A stretch of 32,000 nt of DNA from Pyrodictium occultum (GTDB lineage Archaea; Thermoproteota; Thermoprotei_A; Sulfolobales; Pyrodictiaceae). Made by a program: the position numbers and the translations under genes. Shown here in pieces: positions 31,193-32,000 of this stretch. The notes beneath the pieces were generated by a model. That model made no database searches and was not told the origin of the DNA. It saw nothing but the letters and a program-made list of their open reading frames with translations. The stretch covers positions 630,001 to 662,000 of the forward strand of contig NZ_LNTB01000001.1 in NCBI RefSeq assembly GCF_001462395.1, written 5' to 3'. Position 1 is the stretch's first letter. Every line of letters begins with the position of its first letter.

Positions 31193-32000
31193 ATGAGCAA
31201 GGTGCCGCTAGAGCCCCTCCGCGGATTCCGCGACATCCTCCCGCCGGAGTCCGAGGCCCTCAGAAGACTGGCCGAGATATTCGCGAGGATAGCCAGGTCC
31301 TATGGTTACGGCGAGGTGAAGCCACCTACGCTCGAGCGGTTCCAGCTATTCGCAGTGAAATCCGGGGAGGAGATAAGACGCTCCATGTATGTGTTCCGTG
31401 ACAAGGCTGGGCGGGAGGTAGCACTCCGGCCAGAGGCAACCGCCAGCATAGCCAGGATATACCTCCGGCTCCTCCGGGGCCAGCCGAAGCCAGTGAGGCT
31501 ATACTATGTAGTCAACTGCTTCCGCTACGAGGAGCCCCAGCGGGCGCGTTACCGCGAGTTCTGGCAGGCCGGGGTAGAGCTTCTCGGGGAGCCCTCTATA
31601 TTAGGCGACTTCGAGGTCATAAAGTTACTGCTCAAGTTCTACGAGAGCATAGACATGCTTGACCACATAGTGTTAAAGATAGGCAACACCCGGCTCTACC
31701 GCAGGCTCTTCGCCAAGCATGGGATAAGCGAGGAGATCCAAGACCATATACTCCACCTAATGGATAAAGGCATGTACAAGGAGGCCCTGGAGGCGCTCAT
31801 GGGGGCGGAGCACCCCGGTCTAGCCAGTATACTGGAAGAACTATGGAGCAATGCCAGGGACGACATAGACGCAGCAAAGAACATACTCTCGAAGAGCGGC
31901 GAAGAGATCATAGAATCCCTAGAGGAGCTTAAGAAGCTAGTAGACATGCTAAAGGGCTATAATAGCAGGCTGAATCTAGAGATAGATCTAGCATTCGCGC
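31193..32000 (+). CDS. hisS: Histidine--tRNA ligase (N-terminal about 269 codons; continues beyond the window)
   Basis: Not in the track because it is open at the edge. The ATG at 31193 gives MSKVPLEPLRGFRDILPPE...LRPEATASIARIY...FRYEEPQRARYREFWQAGVELLG (class II motifs 1-2 of HisRS). The frame stays open to 32000. Confidence 0.9.
   Translation, partial: MSKVPLEPLRGFRDILPPESEALRRLAEIFARIARSYGYGEVKPPTLERFQLFAVKSGEEIRRSMYVFRDKAGREVALRPEATASIARIYLRLLRGQPKPVRLYYVVNCFRYEEPQRARYREFWQAGVELLGEPSILGDFEVIKLLLKFYESIDMLDHIVLKIGNTRLYRRLFAKHGISEEIQDHILHLMDKGMYKEALEALMGAEHPGLASILEELWSNARDDIDAAKNILSKSGEEIIESLEELKKLVDMLKGYNSRLNLEIDLAFA

Noticed and set aside
1-32000. Search for CRISPR arrays, IS/transposase genes, integrases, tRNA or rRNA genes
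   Set aside because: I found no spaced direct repeats, no terminal inverted repeats flanking a transposase-like ORF, no cloverleaf with a GTTCRAATC T-loop, and no rRNA-like stretch on reading the window. This was checked by eye only, and tRNAscan or Infernal would be decisive.

Overview
This is an archaeal chromosomal window. Codon usage is hyperthermophile-like (AGG for Arg, ATA for Ile), and the gene set points the same way: topo VI A/B, RadA, Alba, full-length archaeal-type ThrRS, an EndA-like subunit and a C-terminal GG SAMP/MoaD protein. My impression is Thermoprotei/Desulfurococcales-like, which cannot be verified from the sequence alone.

Most of the window is tightly packed housekeeping genes: Lhr-type helicase, radA, thrS, glmS plus a GlmU-like gene, deoC, top6B/top6A, mtnA and hisS. 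I found no CRISPR array, IS element, tRNA or rRNA gene, and no recognisable defence island.

Four things deserve a second look:
1. The first ~6.1 kb has much higher G+C than the rest. It contains conserved genes that can only be read through several 1-nt frame changes at G/C homopolymers: a DHH/RecJ-like phosphoesterase and an MJ0936-type metallophosphoesterase. A truncated 2-oxoacid:ferredoxin oxidoreductase alpha remnant sits in a lower-G+C island between the two G+C-rich blocks.
2. Several box C/D sRNA candidates are absent from the ORF track. One has a guide perfectly complementary to the conserved 23S sequence CCGGGGAUAACA. A convergent pair has guides that match adjacent stretches of another conserved 23S segment.
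3. A 47-nt hairpin with textbook K-turn geometry lies in a structured 200-nt spacer.
4. There is a minimal type IV pilus module (pilin, FlaI/PilB-type ATPase, TadC/FlaJ-type membrane protein), with an A24 prepilin peptidase 12 kb away.

I see no convincing evidence for a wholly new multi-gene system. All family calls come from motif recognition by eye, without any database search.
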